A stretch of DNA of 52,535 nt from a virus (Duplodnaviria; Caudoviricetes), in the IMG/VR virus record IMGVR_UViG_3300044858_001628, positions 1-52,535 of that record. The stretch is one strand, 5' to 3'. The number at the start of each line of letters is the position of its first letter. Position 1 is the first letter of the stretch. The position numbers and the translations under genes are program-made. Below, one piece after another: positions 26,241-37,000 of this stretch. A model generated the notes under the pieces. The model did no database searches and was not told the DNA's origin. It worked only from the letters and a program-made list of their open reading frames with translations.

Positions 26241-27104
26241 ATGAGCGAAATTATTGAGCAGGTAAGCAGTAGCGCGTCATCGCTGGCGCTAATCACAAGC
26301 GATGGCAACATGAATCGTGTGATGAAGATGGCTGAAATGATGGCTAGTAGTCGCGTAACAGTGCCAAAGCACTTGCAAGGCAGTGTTGGGGATTGTGCGG
26401 CAATCGTCATTCAAGCAACTAATTGGGGTATGAATCCTTTTGCAGTAGCGCAAAAAACGCACTTGGTTAATGGCGTATTGGGTTATGAGGCGCAGTTAGT
26501 TAATGCGGCTATTAAAGCTAGTAACGCCATTAAAAGCGCTTTCAGCTATGAGTATAAAGATGAAGGTGGCTCTGGCGCTAATGCGTTTATATCGTGTCGT
26601 GTTGGCGCTGTATTGAATGGTCAGCAAGATATTACATGGGGCGAGTGGTTGGCAAGCGCCAGCGTCACCACTAAGAATAGTCCACTGTGGAAAACCAATG
26701 TGAAACAGCAGATGGGCTACTTACAGGTTAAGAACTGGTCGCGTTTATATTGTCCAGAGGCAATATTAGGCGTAATGACTAAGGAAGAGCTTGAGGATAT
26801 GCCACAAGAAGAGAAGGATATTACGCCAGTAGCAGAGCCTCAACCTACAGTTACGCCAACGCTTGATGACGCGACATTTAAAACAATCGCTGATAAATAC
26901 CGTGAATCAGTAGCGCAGGGTAAAAAAACGATTGAAGGATTTATCTCATGGGTAGAAGGTAAAGGCGCTTTGATGACAGATGCACAAAAAGCAGAAGTAG
27001 CATCATGGGTAGCTAAACAGCCAGAGGTTATTGAAGGTGAAGCGGTAGAAGTAAAAGATGACTTTTTAAACTCTTATGAAGCAGAAGAAAGCGAGAGTAA
27101 ATAA
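26241..27104 (+). CDS. recT: RecT-family single-strand annealing protein
   Basis: VPKHLQG..GDC.A...QA..WGMNPFAVAQKTH.VNG.LGYEAQL; NSPLWK...QQ..Y...W.RLYCPE.ILG. Confidence 0.9.
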   Translation: MSEIIEQVSSSASSLALITSDGNMNRVMKMAEMMASSRVTVPKHLQGSVGDCAAIVIQATNWGMNPFAVAQKTHLVNGVLGYEAQLVNAAIKASNAIKSAFSYEYKDEGGSGANAFISCRVGAVLNGQQDITWGEWLASASVTTKNSPLWKTNVKQQMGYLQVKNWSRLYCPEAILGVMTKEELEDMPQEEKDITPVAEPQPTVTPTLDDATFKTIADKYRESVAQGKKTIEGFISWVEGKGALMTDAQKAEVASWVAKQPEVIEGEAVEVKDDFLNSYEAEESESK

Positions 27105-28642
27105 TGAACCGCACACAAGAAAAGTTACAACAAGGCTCTCAAGAGTGGCACGCATTTAGACTAACGCACTTTGGCGCAAGTGAGGCTGGTGCAATGATGG
27201 GATTGTCACCATACAAGACACGCGACCAACTTTTGACTGAAAAGAAAACTGGTTTAACTCCAGAGGTTGACGCTTTCACACAAAAGATTTTCGATAAAGG
27301 TCATGCGGTAGAGGCTTTAGCAAGACCAATTGTTGAAAAGATGATTGGTGAAGAGCTATCAGCCGTAACCTACTCTTTCGGCAAGCTGTCTGCTTCATGT
27401 GATGGTATCTCTTACATGGGCGATGTTGCATGGGAAAACAAACAATTTAACGCAGAGCTATTTGAGCAAGTTAAAAATGGCGAGTTGCCCGCAATCCATA
27501 TTTGGCAATGTCAGCAAGTATTGTACGTTACTGGTGCTGGAAAGCTGTTTTTCACTATATCAGATGGCACAGAAGAGCGCACAGCAGGCGTTTGGGTTGT
27601 GCCAGATAGAGAAGTAATTAGTAAGATTATTAACGGCTGGAATCAGTTTGAAATTGATTTGGAAAACCATGTTCCACCAGTGCAGGTTGAAAAAGTAGAG
27701 GCTGAAACAATCCAATCTCTACCAGTTCCTAGTGTTGTTGTACGTGGTGAAATCACAACAAGCAATCTTAATGAAATCACGCCATTGTTTGACAAGTATT
27801 TAGGTGGCATCAAAACAGAATTAAGCACAGACCAAGACTTTGCAGACGCAGAGGCCAATGCTAAAAATTGCCGTGAAACTGCAAAACGTATTCAATCGCT
27901 ACGCACTAACATTATCGCGCAAATGGTTGATGTTAATGCGGTTGATGGTGTGCTGGCAAATTACGAAGAGGCATTTAACAAGGTTGGCCTACGCTTAGAG
28001 AAAGCAGTTAAAGAGCAGAAAGAAATGCTTAAAACTTCTGCAATCACAAAAGCACAAGCCCAATTTCTTGGGTTTGTAAATGCTCTTAGCAAGGAATTAC
28101 TAATACAGTTGTTTGACAGGATAGCAACGCCTGATTTTGCAGGCGCAATCAAAGGTGTTAAGACCATTGAAAGTATGCAATCACGTATCAACGATGCTTT
28201 AGCTAACGGTAAAGCAGAGGCCACAGCGCTTGCTAACGATGTTAAAACAAAGCTTGCCTACATTAACGAATCAATCAAAGGCTATGAGCATTTATTCGCA
28301 GTACATGACTTGGTATTTAATGATATTGAGTTTATTAAGCTAAAAATTCAATCGGAAAAAGATGATGAAGATAAGCGCAAAGCAGAGCATGAATTAGCAA
28401 TTAAGGCTAAAGCGGAAGCGGAAATACGCTTAAAGATAGAGAGCGAGGCCGTTGCTTCGCCAAAAGAAGTTGTTGCAATGCCTTCACCTACAGCTTTGCG
28501 TGAGGCAGTAGTTTCACATCAAGACGAAATAGCAACATTCTTGAAATCTCGCAATTTAAGTGACGCGAAATATAACGAATACCGCGCTGTTTTAGTTGAG
28601 TTTGTAAAGCATCAATCTTTAAGAGAGAAGTTAGCCGCTTAA
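27104..28642 (+). CDS. YqaJ-like (lambda exonuclease family) nuclease with long helical C-terminus
   Basis: QGS.EWH..R...FGASEA, GH..E..AR, SAS.DG, WE.K, Q.QQ.L.V motifs. Confidence 0.9.
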   Translation: MNRTQEKLQQGSQEWHAFRLTHFGASEAGAMMGLSPYKTRDQLLTEKKTGLTPEVDAFTQKIFDKGHAVEALARPIVEKMIGEELSAVTYSFGKLSASCDGISYMGDVAWENKQFNAELFEQVKNGELPAIHIWQCQQVLYVTGAGKLFFTISDGTEERTAGVWVVPDREVISKIINGWNQFEIDLENHVPPVQVEKVEAETIQSLPVPSVVVRGEITTSNLNEITPLFDKYLGGIKTELSTDQDFADAEANAKNCRETAKRIQSLRTNIIAQMVDVNAVDGVLANYEEAFNKVGLRLEKAVKEQKEMLKTSAITKAQAQFLGFVNALSKELLIQLFDRIATPDFAGAIKGVKTIESMQSRINDALANGKAEATALANDVKTKLAYINESIKGYEHLFAVHDLVFNDIEFIKLKIQSEKDDEDKRKAEHELAIKAKAEAEIRLKIESEAVASPKEVVAMPSPTALREAVVSHQDEIATFLKSRNLSDAKYNEYRAVLVEFVKHQSLREKLAA

Positions 28643-28942
28643 ATTTTAACTCAAAGCCAAGCTACGAGTGGCGCTAATAACAGTAGCAGTATCAGGATTG
28701 CACTCCTTTCGATAAATAATGTGCGGTTTGATGATGCCGAATGACTGACGTAAACAGTCACTACAAAAATGGCGATTGATAGCAGATTATTAGCACTCTA
28801 AAGACGAAAACCTAAAGATTAAGTCGCTATTTTTGTGGTGCAAGCAGTACCGTTTAACAGAGAGGTTAATCATGGCAAAGACAAGTAAAAGAAGCATTAA
28901 AAAATCTCGCAGACAGAAAGACCAAGACAAGTGGAAGTTTCT

Positions 28943-29098
28943 ATGAACAAGCAATTCACAGTATTAGATGGGAGCGGCAAGTCAAAAGAAGTTAGCGGCT
29001 ATCAGCAAGCCAGCCAGTTAGCCGCAAAGTACGCGCAGAGTGGCGATGTTGCAGTAATAGTTATTAGGGTTACGAAAGATGCGTTAGATGCTACTTAA
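28943..29098 (+). CDS. Small hypothetical protein (51 aa, MNKQFTVLDGSG...)
   Basis: Part of a chain of coupled short ORFs at 28872-29361. Confidence 0.55.
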   Translation: MNKQFTVLDGSGKSKEVSGYQQASQLAAKYAQSGDVAVIVIRVTKDALDAT

Positions 29099-29181
29099 AG
29101 TTTACTTCTATATAGCCTGTTATTGGCAAGCGTTTTCCGTTGGTGCGCTGAGTATGTTTGTATTGATGAAATGGAAAGAAA

Positions 29182-29361
29182 ATGAACGAGCTTAAAACAA
29201 ATGAAGTTGATATTTCTAACTTTGATTTAGACGAACTTTGCACAGCAACAAAAATAGACAAAATGTTTTCTATTGATATGAAATCAGTTCAAGGCTTTAT
29301 TGCAAAGTACAAAGTTACCGTTGATAAAAGAGAAGATATAAAAACTGGCAAAGGAAATTAA
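29182..29361 (+). CDS. Small hypothetical protein (59 aa, MNELKTNEVD...)
   Basis: GGA SD; stop abuts xis start. Confidence 0.55.
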   Translation: MNELKTNEVDISNFDLDELCTATKIDKMFSIDMKSVQGFIAKYKVTVDKREDIKTGKGN

Positions 29362-29631
29362 ATGAAAACTTACTCATTAGTAGAAGCGGCAAAGATACTG
29401 CAAACAAGCGAAACAACACTTGGAACATTGCTTAATACAGCAGTGATTCCAGCCGCCAAGATTGGTCAGCTTTGGGTTATCTGTGAAGATAACCTAGACG
29501 CTTATTTAAAGGCAGAAGTTGAGCGCCAGACGCTTGAGCGTATCGAATTTATTAAACGTGGTGAAAAGCCTAGAGTGGCAACTGGTAGCAGAAGAACTGT
29601 TAAGCCAGACTTGGATAAGATTGCGGCATGA
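29362..29631 (+). CDS. xis: Excisionase-like HTH protein
   Basis: YSL.EAAKIL.TS...L.......IPAAKIG..WVI....L..YL; adjacent to integrase. Confidence 0.8.
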   Translation: MKTYSLVEAAKILQTSETTLGTLLNTAVIPAAKIGQLWVICEDNLDAYLKAEVERQTLERIEFIKRGEKPRVATGSRRTVKPDLDKIAA

Positions 29632-30690
29632 TTACCATAATTTTGATGATAAATCTGAACCGCGAAGGTTTGAATATCTCAAAGCCATTTTTAAACTTTT
29701 CCAGCCAAGTATTTTAGCTATTTGTAAGTCTGTTAATGTTGTGCGTTCATAAAACCTGCTTGTTGCCTCATGGCGCAAGCAATGAAATGTGAAACCTTCA
29801 CATTTAGCATGGTCAAATATGCGTGAGAATGTCTGCGATAGCCTTGAGCTTATATCATTGCGATTACCTTTAAATGAAAATAAGCGCTCGGTATTGATTG
29901 ATTTTGCATAAACCTTGAGCTTGTCTAATATGGTGGAAGTCATAGGAACTTGCCTTTTATCACCATTTTTAGTTTTATCTAAAAAGATAGTGCGAGATTC
30001 AAAGTCTATCTGTGATTTTTCAAGTGTGTAGATTTCAGACAATCGCATACCTGTTTCAAGTGCAATATCAAACAGCGCTAATATCTCGTAAGGATTATCA
30101 AACTCAAATCCACGCTCTTTATTATCAACCTTGCCGCCTAAAATAATTCGCCTTACCTCTTTCTCTTCTGATTCAGTTAGTCGCCTATCACGCTCAACCT
30201 CTTCTTTATGACCACTGGCATAGCGCTTTGGTAGCTCTCTTAATGGATTACTTACCAATAAAGCGTCACCTCTACGCTTCACCCAATCCAAACAACGCGC
30301 CAGAGCGCCTACATGGTGACGTATAGTTGATGGCGACAGGTTGTTATGCTTCATATCAACAACATAATTGTCTGCAAACTCGTAATTCAATGATGCAATT
30401 TTCTTAACGCCAACACGCCTTCTAGCAATGCCTAATAGCTTATGGTCACTATCAGGAACATCAACGCCTAGCAGGTATTGGTCTATTGCGTCAGCAATTG
30501 TAAGAATTGCACCCTTTTTAGCCAAATATTCGGTAGGAACTTTTCCAACCTTGAGTAAAGATTCAAGCTTTGCAGTGTACTCGTCACCTTCTGCTTCATC
30601 GTCAAAGGTCAAGTAAACCCTACCGTTAGGTAGTGATTTGCTTGATACTGTGTAGTAATACTTACCGTTACGAACTCTTTTGTTTGCCAT
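29632..30690 (-). CDS. int: Tyrosine recombinase (integrase)
   Basis: TGMRLSE (R), KTKNG (K), FHCLRHEA (HxxR), LGW, RY catalytic set. Confidence 0.95.
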   Translation of the reverse strand: MANKRVRNGKYYYTVSSKSLPNGRVYLTFDDEAEGDEYTAKLESLLKVGKVPTEYLAKKGAILTIADAIDQYLLGVDVPDSDHKLLGIARRRVGVKKIASLNYEFADNYVVDMKHNNLSPSTIRHHVGALARCLDWVKRRGDALLVSNPLRELPKRYASGHKEEVERDRRLTESEEKEVRRIILGGKVDNKERGFEFDNPYEILALFDIALETGMRLSEIYTLEKSQIDFESRTIFLDKTKNGDKRQVPMTSTILDKLKVYAKSINTERLFSFKGNRNDISSRLSQTFSRIFDHAKCEGFTFHCLRHEATSRFYERTTLTDLQIAKILGWKSLKMALRYSNLRGSDLSSKLW

Positions 30691-30724
30691 AACTCGCCTA
30701 AACAGCCAACACGACTAATCAATG

Positions 30725-30932
30725 TGCGTCAGTGACGCAATTTTAGTGCGTAAAAGTGGGATTTTATAGCGTTTTGTAGTGTTTGTGCAACTTATTTGGC
30801 TTGATTATTTAGCTGGAAAGTTGCGTAAGTCGTTGATTTTTTTGGAGGCGCGAACCAGAGTCGAACTGGTCTAAACGGCTTTGCAGGGCGTTTATGTAGT
30901 TGTGTTTATGCGGAGATTAAAGGCGTGACGCA
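30725..30932. promoter_or_regulatory. attP region with candidate arm-type and IHF sites
   Basis: TGCGTC-AGT-GACGCA at 30725-30739; GTGACGCA again at 30925-30932 across the core; minus-strand AATCAACGACTTA (IHF consensus WATCAAN4TTR) at 30826-30838. Confidence 0.7.
30843..30886 (-). other. attP core: 3' half of tRNA-Cys(GCA)
   Basis: Minus strand CTGCAAAGCCGTTTAGACCAGTTCGACTCTGGTTCGCGCCTCCA gives anticodon loop GCA, T arm, acceptor strand and CCA; 5' half absent. Confidence 0.9.
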
Positions 30933-31045
30933 GTTGTAAATTTAAACATTATAGCCACCCAATATGCTACTCTATTTTATGATTTCTAAAATACTTGTAT
31001 TTATTGGATGGCTATTTTTGTCATTTGCCGCAATCTACTATTTCA

Positions 31046-34000
31046 TTAAACTGCTTTCCCTTCTTTGATTGAGGTTACATTGTCATTCAAGCGTTTCATT
31101 ATTTGAGTGATTCTTTCGTCAATAACTTTTACAGCCTCACGATTGTCACCACCAGCTTCTTTAATTGCACGTTGCTGTTTGCGTAAGTTTTGAACTTGGC
31201 GCAAGGCTAAGTCTGAAACTCTGGCTAATCTTGCCTCTGGGTGAGATTCCATGAATTTAGCAATATCACCACCTTCTTTAGCGATACCTTTCATTTCATT
31301 TTGATACTCATTCATAATGCGTACATTCGTGTAAAAAGCGTCACCTTGTGAAGCTTGCCCTGTTACATCACCATAAAAGCGACCTACCAGTGGAACTTTA
31401 TAAGTCGGCAACTCTTCACCAGTAAACAAACTATCTGCTGTTGTGCCTGCCTTGATAATCTCACGACCTACGCCACCAGTGAACTGTCCAGCTAAATACT
31501 CTAACTGGTCTGCTGTAGGGCTAATAGCACCTTGCTTGTAGTCATTACCGCCTGTCATGTAGTTTATCGCTTGTGCAATAGCCACGCTTAAATCCCATGC
31601 CTTGTCGCGTGAGCGAGTGAAGCCTGCTGTCGGGTTAAGTGAGTTAAAGTCCTCGCGTGCAATTGGTCTGCCAGTGAAGTCTTTATTTTCAGCAAGTGCC
31701 GCCAGTGGGTCAATAACAGTTGGCGTGATTGTTTGAATTGATAATCCAGCGTTACCTATTGGGTTTGTTACGTTCAGTATCATATCCATGATATGCACTA
31801 ATCGTTTTTGAGTATCTTCACCGCCAGATAAAGCCCATTCAGTCACAATTCGACCAAGTGAAGGAATCGCATTGAAACCTAATGGCATTGGCACTGTAAT
31901 GTAACTATCGCCTAGTGGAATAACTAAGCTACGGTCACGCACAAACTCTGGTGGCTCGTCATCACCATATCCAGCCGCAGAAAGTAACAGCGCTTGCATT
32001 GCACCTAACAGCAAGCCACCTTGCACGATACGCTTGCCCATTGCGCTTAGTTTAACCTTGCCGTTAGCATCTTTCTCTAACATCGTTTCACCGATACGCG
32101 CAGTGCCTTGAACAGAAGCGTTAAAGAAGGCATATAGTGAACCAATCTGTCTGCCCATTTCACCCTTACGGTTGAAGTTTACAGAGATATTTTTAGCCAT
32201 TGATGCCGCTTGTTGCTTGCTGTGTCCATTATCTAGTGCAACCTTATACACTGATAAGCGAACTGCGTTTTCAAGCGCTGTGTTGTAGTCAGAAAGCCAA
32301 TCAAAAATAGGCTTGATTGCTTTGTCGTACATCCACTGCTCTGGTTTTGCTAACAGTCCATTTGCACTGATTAACTTACCAATCTTGCTGTTTTGCCACC
32401 ACAATGGGTCTAGTGCATTTTGTAGTGATTCGCCACGCTCTTTCGCATTTGCGTACATATCACGGAATCCAGTTTGACCACCTTCGTTTTGGTAATCTTC
32501 AAACAGTTGTGACCACTGGCTATTACCAGCTACGCCATTTTTACGCTCACTGCGTAAGTCTTTATAAATTCCAAGTAATGCGCTAGGTGTATTTTTCAAT
32601 ACATCAGACTTCTTGTTGGCAATTGGCGTTGTGCTTAGGTTTAATAGTGCGCCTTGAACGTCACGCACGATATTGACTACACCAAAGATAGGGTTATATT
32701 GAGTGTTGATAGAAGCAAAGTAGCGTGTAAAGCTAGAAGCCGCGCCTAATAACTCGCCAATTTGGTCTTGGTCTAAGTTCTTAACACTTGCCGCCATACG
32801 CATGGAGCGTTCATCGTACTTATTAAATACAACCGCACGTTCTACGATGTCACCTTTTTCAGTTTTAAATCTGGCAACAACAACATTGTCAAGGTTTTTG
32901 TAGTTTGGGTCTGTTACTTCTTGCACGCTGTCTGGTTTTTTTACGGTATTAATGGTGTAGCCATTCTTCCCTTCAAACTGAATTAGCTTATTGGCTTCTG
33001 CGAGATTGGTAAACTCTTGAACCTTAGAACCGTGATACAAGACTTCATAAACAGTAGCGCCTTTTACCACCGTTTTAATTTTAGGTGGGCTATCAACTTT
33101 CCAAAACTCTTTATTAGGGTTTAGTTTAGCCAATCCAATAAGCGCTTTAGACACGCGATTTTTCTCACCACGAATCACATTCTTTTCAAACTGTTGCGCC
33201 ATGTTAGCGATAATATCAACCACTGCACGATTTGAACCTGTTGCGCGTTTGCTTGCATTACCTTTAACACTAAATCCTTGACCAGTGCCGTTGCCAAAAC
33301 CATTGTCCATATCTTCACGCATCAATGGAACGTAGTTTTTGTATGCGCCCTGCCATGCTTCAATAGTCTTTTCTGATTCTAGGCCATAATCAATAAGCGT
33401 TTGGCGTGATTTGCGATTGATAGCATCAATACGTTTAGCCAGCTCTGTGTAATTAGCTTTCTGCTCTGCTGTGAGGTTTGATAAGTAGTCGCGTGCATCT
33501 TGCGTGTCCATACCAGAGCCGCCATCAGGCATATCAGGATTAACTTTAGCAATTTGGATATTACGCTCTTCTGCATGACGCGCCCATAGATATTCTTCAA
33601 AGTCAGCCATTGCTACGCCACGCGCACGCATATCTTCAATGAGTGGGTCTAAGTCGTGTTTAATAAAGTCTTGAGTACGTTTAGCCGTTCTGCCGTGATA
33701 AAGCTCTTCTTGCAGGTAAGCATTGAATTGGTCTGCAATATCCGCGCCAGCTTTCTTGATTGAATCAGTAACACGCTTCAAGTCAATGTGCTTATCTTGT
33801 AATGCGTAAATCACACTATCAAGTTTGCTTGGCTCTGGATTGTTCCATGATGAATTGCTACGGCTAAAACGAATATCATTGTTATTAGCATCAAAGTTAC
33901 CGTTGTTACCTGTAGCTGATTTGATTTGTGTAGGTGAGAAAACAGCGTAAGATATTTCTGGCGTTTTACTCGCTGATGATGCGTAGTTCTTCTCTAATAA

Positions 34001-37000
34001 CTTAACACCATCATATCCTTGCGACTTTAAATAAGACACAAATCTTTCATCATCTAAAAATTGCCATAGATTTATTCTACTTGTATCAGCTATTTCTTCT
34101 TTTGAATAACCTGCTTTCTTTAAGTCACTTACTACAGATTTACTCTTTAGAGTTAAGTCATAAGGATTATTTATGCTCAAATACGTTGCATAAACGTAAT
34201 CATTCATTGATGACTTTCCACTATCATCTGCTTTGGCTCTTCCAAACTCTCTAGCTAGTTGCTTGTTTGGAGTAAAGAAAAAAGCTTGTGATGTAACTTC
34301 TTTTTCCGCACCTAAAAAACCTAATGACCTTTTACCAACTTTTGGCTCAAATGTATTAAATTTATCCTTCGTTTCATACCTAGCTTCATCCCTATTGTAT
34401 GTATATTTGAAGGCAGTACCATGATAAACAACCAAAGGCTTACCATCGGCATCAACTACTTTGCTGTCACCGAACCAAGATTTGAATTGAGGTGTTTCTG
34501 TTTGCGCTTGATTAGCGCGTGAGTAGAATATCTCGTTAAGTTGAGTATTTTCTAAAGATTGATATGCGAGCTTGCCAACGAGTTCCAGTAGGCGTTGCCG
34601 CTTCTCTCCGCTTTTTTCGCGTAAGAAGGTATGTGCGATAACTGCTCTTTTAAGCGTTGTGCTACCTGCGTGAGTGGCTCTTGCTTCCCGTGATTCTGCA
34701 AGAACTCTAAACTCTTTGTCGGTGTAAGGTTTTCCACTTGATAGCTCGATAAACTGTTGTTTATCAAAATCATAGACTAAATCATCCAGTTTAGCAACGC
34801 CTAAAGCATTTGGTGACTTGTAGGTAACTTCATATCCGTTACGTTTTTCTGTCACGTAAATACCATTGCGAATAGCTTTATAAGAAGCTTTTAACAATTC
34901 AGCGATGTTATTCTCTGTGTCACCTTTAATCCAGTTAATACCAAGCTCGCGCTCTTGGTCTTGATGTGGTGCAATATGGTCTGTTGTGCCAAATTTAAGC
35001 GCCATCGAAACCATGTTTTCAAGCCTACGAAGTTTTCCAGTTGATGTGATTCCATCCCTATCTCCTGCAAATACCTTACCGTTATTGTAAGCCCAATTCG
35101 CAACAGCAGAGTAAACGCCAGAGCCTCCGTAGCCTTCATCCCATGCGGCAACATTTATCTCTACATTTCCGTCAGGATAAACGCTGATTGTCCCTTCTTG
35201 ATTAAGAAGAGCTTTTCCTTTTGTATCTCTTGGGTAAATAGCATACTGCTCTTCAACACCATCTTTTGCGATTGCAACATCAACTCTAACAAGTTGAGGA
35301 ACTACGTCATCGAATACTTTTTGCATATCGGTAGCTGATGATTTCGTGTACTTGAACATATCATCATTGAGTGTAAGCTCTTTGAATAACTGCGCGTCAT
35401 TTACAGAATAGTCGCGTGATAATTTAACACCGCCACCACCGCCACCACCGCCACCATTAACAACGAACCTACGAGCAGGCAATAAGTAATTAACGATAAT
35501 GTCATTATCAGAAAACTCAAGATTTACACCGATTGAGCGTAAGAAGTTACGAATAGCCGCAATAGCGCGTTTAACAAAGCCTGCGCTTGGTGCTGTTTGA
35601 GCCATTTCAGCCAATACTTCTTCTGCAACAATACGTCTATCGCTAACTTTATTTAAGTCTAAGCCATACTGTTTAGCCTTTTTAGCCATATCGTTTTTAC
35701 GCAACATTGCTACTTGGTCTAATATCGCGCCTAACTCTTTACCATACAATCCACGCAATCCGTAGTGACCTAATGTTTCATGGAACACAACGCGAATAAC
35801 GTCTTTTGGCGAGTTCATTTCGCTGGCTAATATGTAAACCTTACCATCATCGTAAAAGCCTTCTGGATGACCTTTAGCGCCTTGCGATAACTGTCTTTGA
35901 TTCTCGTCACGCACAGCTTTACGAATTGCAGGGTCGTTCATATCGTCAACAACAATAATCTCTGGTGCATTTTTCCATCCAGAGCGTAATTTGTTTACAG
36001 CAATTTGTACTGAAACTTTAGGCAAGCCTTTGTTTTCAGATTTTGAACGGCTAAATGTTGGGGTGTCTGTACTTTTTTCTACGCTTGCAGAGCCAGATTT
36101 TTCACCAGAATAATAACGCTTTGCAATATCTCTCGCATAATCAACTGCGCTTTCAGTAGCAGAAAGATTTGTAAATCTATACACCAAGTCTATTAACGCT
36201 TTAACTTTTAATGGGTCTGAAATGCCATTGCTTTGTGCGTAAGATTCATTTCTTCTCTTTGACAAGTCGCCTATTAAAGCAACAAGCGCTTTAGATTTGA
36301 ATAATTTAGGATGAATTTTCGTATCAACAGAAAATTTAACCTCGCCAGAATATCTATCAATATAGATTAAAATTGCTTTTTTTGAATCTGTCATTACATT
36401 GCCATATCTAAGCTCTTCACCAAGCTCTTCTGATACAGCGCTGTTTATTTTTAACATACCATCAATTTGCGTAACTCTGTCTTTGTAAAATTCGTAATCG
36501 GTAGATTCGTATTTTTTATTATTAAAATACTTCATTAAGCTTAACAAGTATTCAGAAGCGGCATCTTTGCTTCTGAATGAAAATCCAGACTTAACGCCAG
36601 CATCAAGTTTGTACTTCTCTGGCATTAAAATTCCGCTTTCAATCATTGGATTTTCTGGCGTATGACCGTCAAGCGTAAATTTGATAATGTCGCCTTCTGG
36701 GTGGTGCGTTCTAAACCTTACCAAGTTTCCAGTGATGATGTAGCGATTTTCCTTGCCACCATTTACGCTACGCAATCTAAACATATCTTCTAGGTAGAAG
36801 TATGTGTTTGCCTGATTTGGAACTGATATTCCAGAGCCACTTTCTATTTTTGAAAGAGGTATTGAGATTCTACCGTTAGGCACATTGCGCTGAATGTGAA
36901 CAATAATGTTTGAAGGTGAAAATGGATTCCCTGCTTTTGAGGTTGATTTGCCAATAGAATATCCAACAACAACACCTTCCGATTCAATGTCATTCACGAT

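Noticed and set aside
28725-28830. Hammerhead or twister ribozyme
   Set aside because: TTGATGA and CGAAA words are present, but I could not assemble the conserved core with the required stems
30843-30920. Complete tRNA-Cys gene
   Set aside because: 5' acceptor strand, D arm and a matching 5' anticodon stem are missing; interpreted as attP core
35428-35456. CCG/CCA microsatellite as phase-variation site
   Set aside because: In-frame Gly8 linker; triplet slippage would not change the frame
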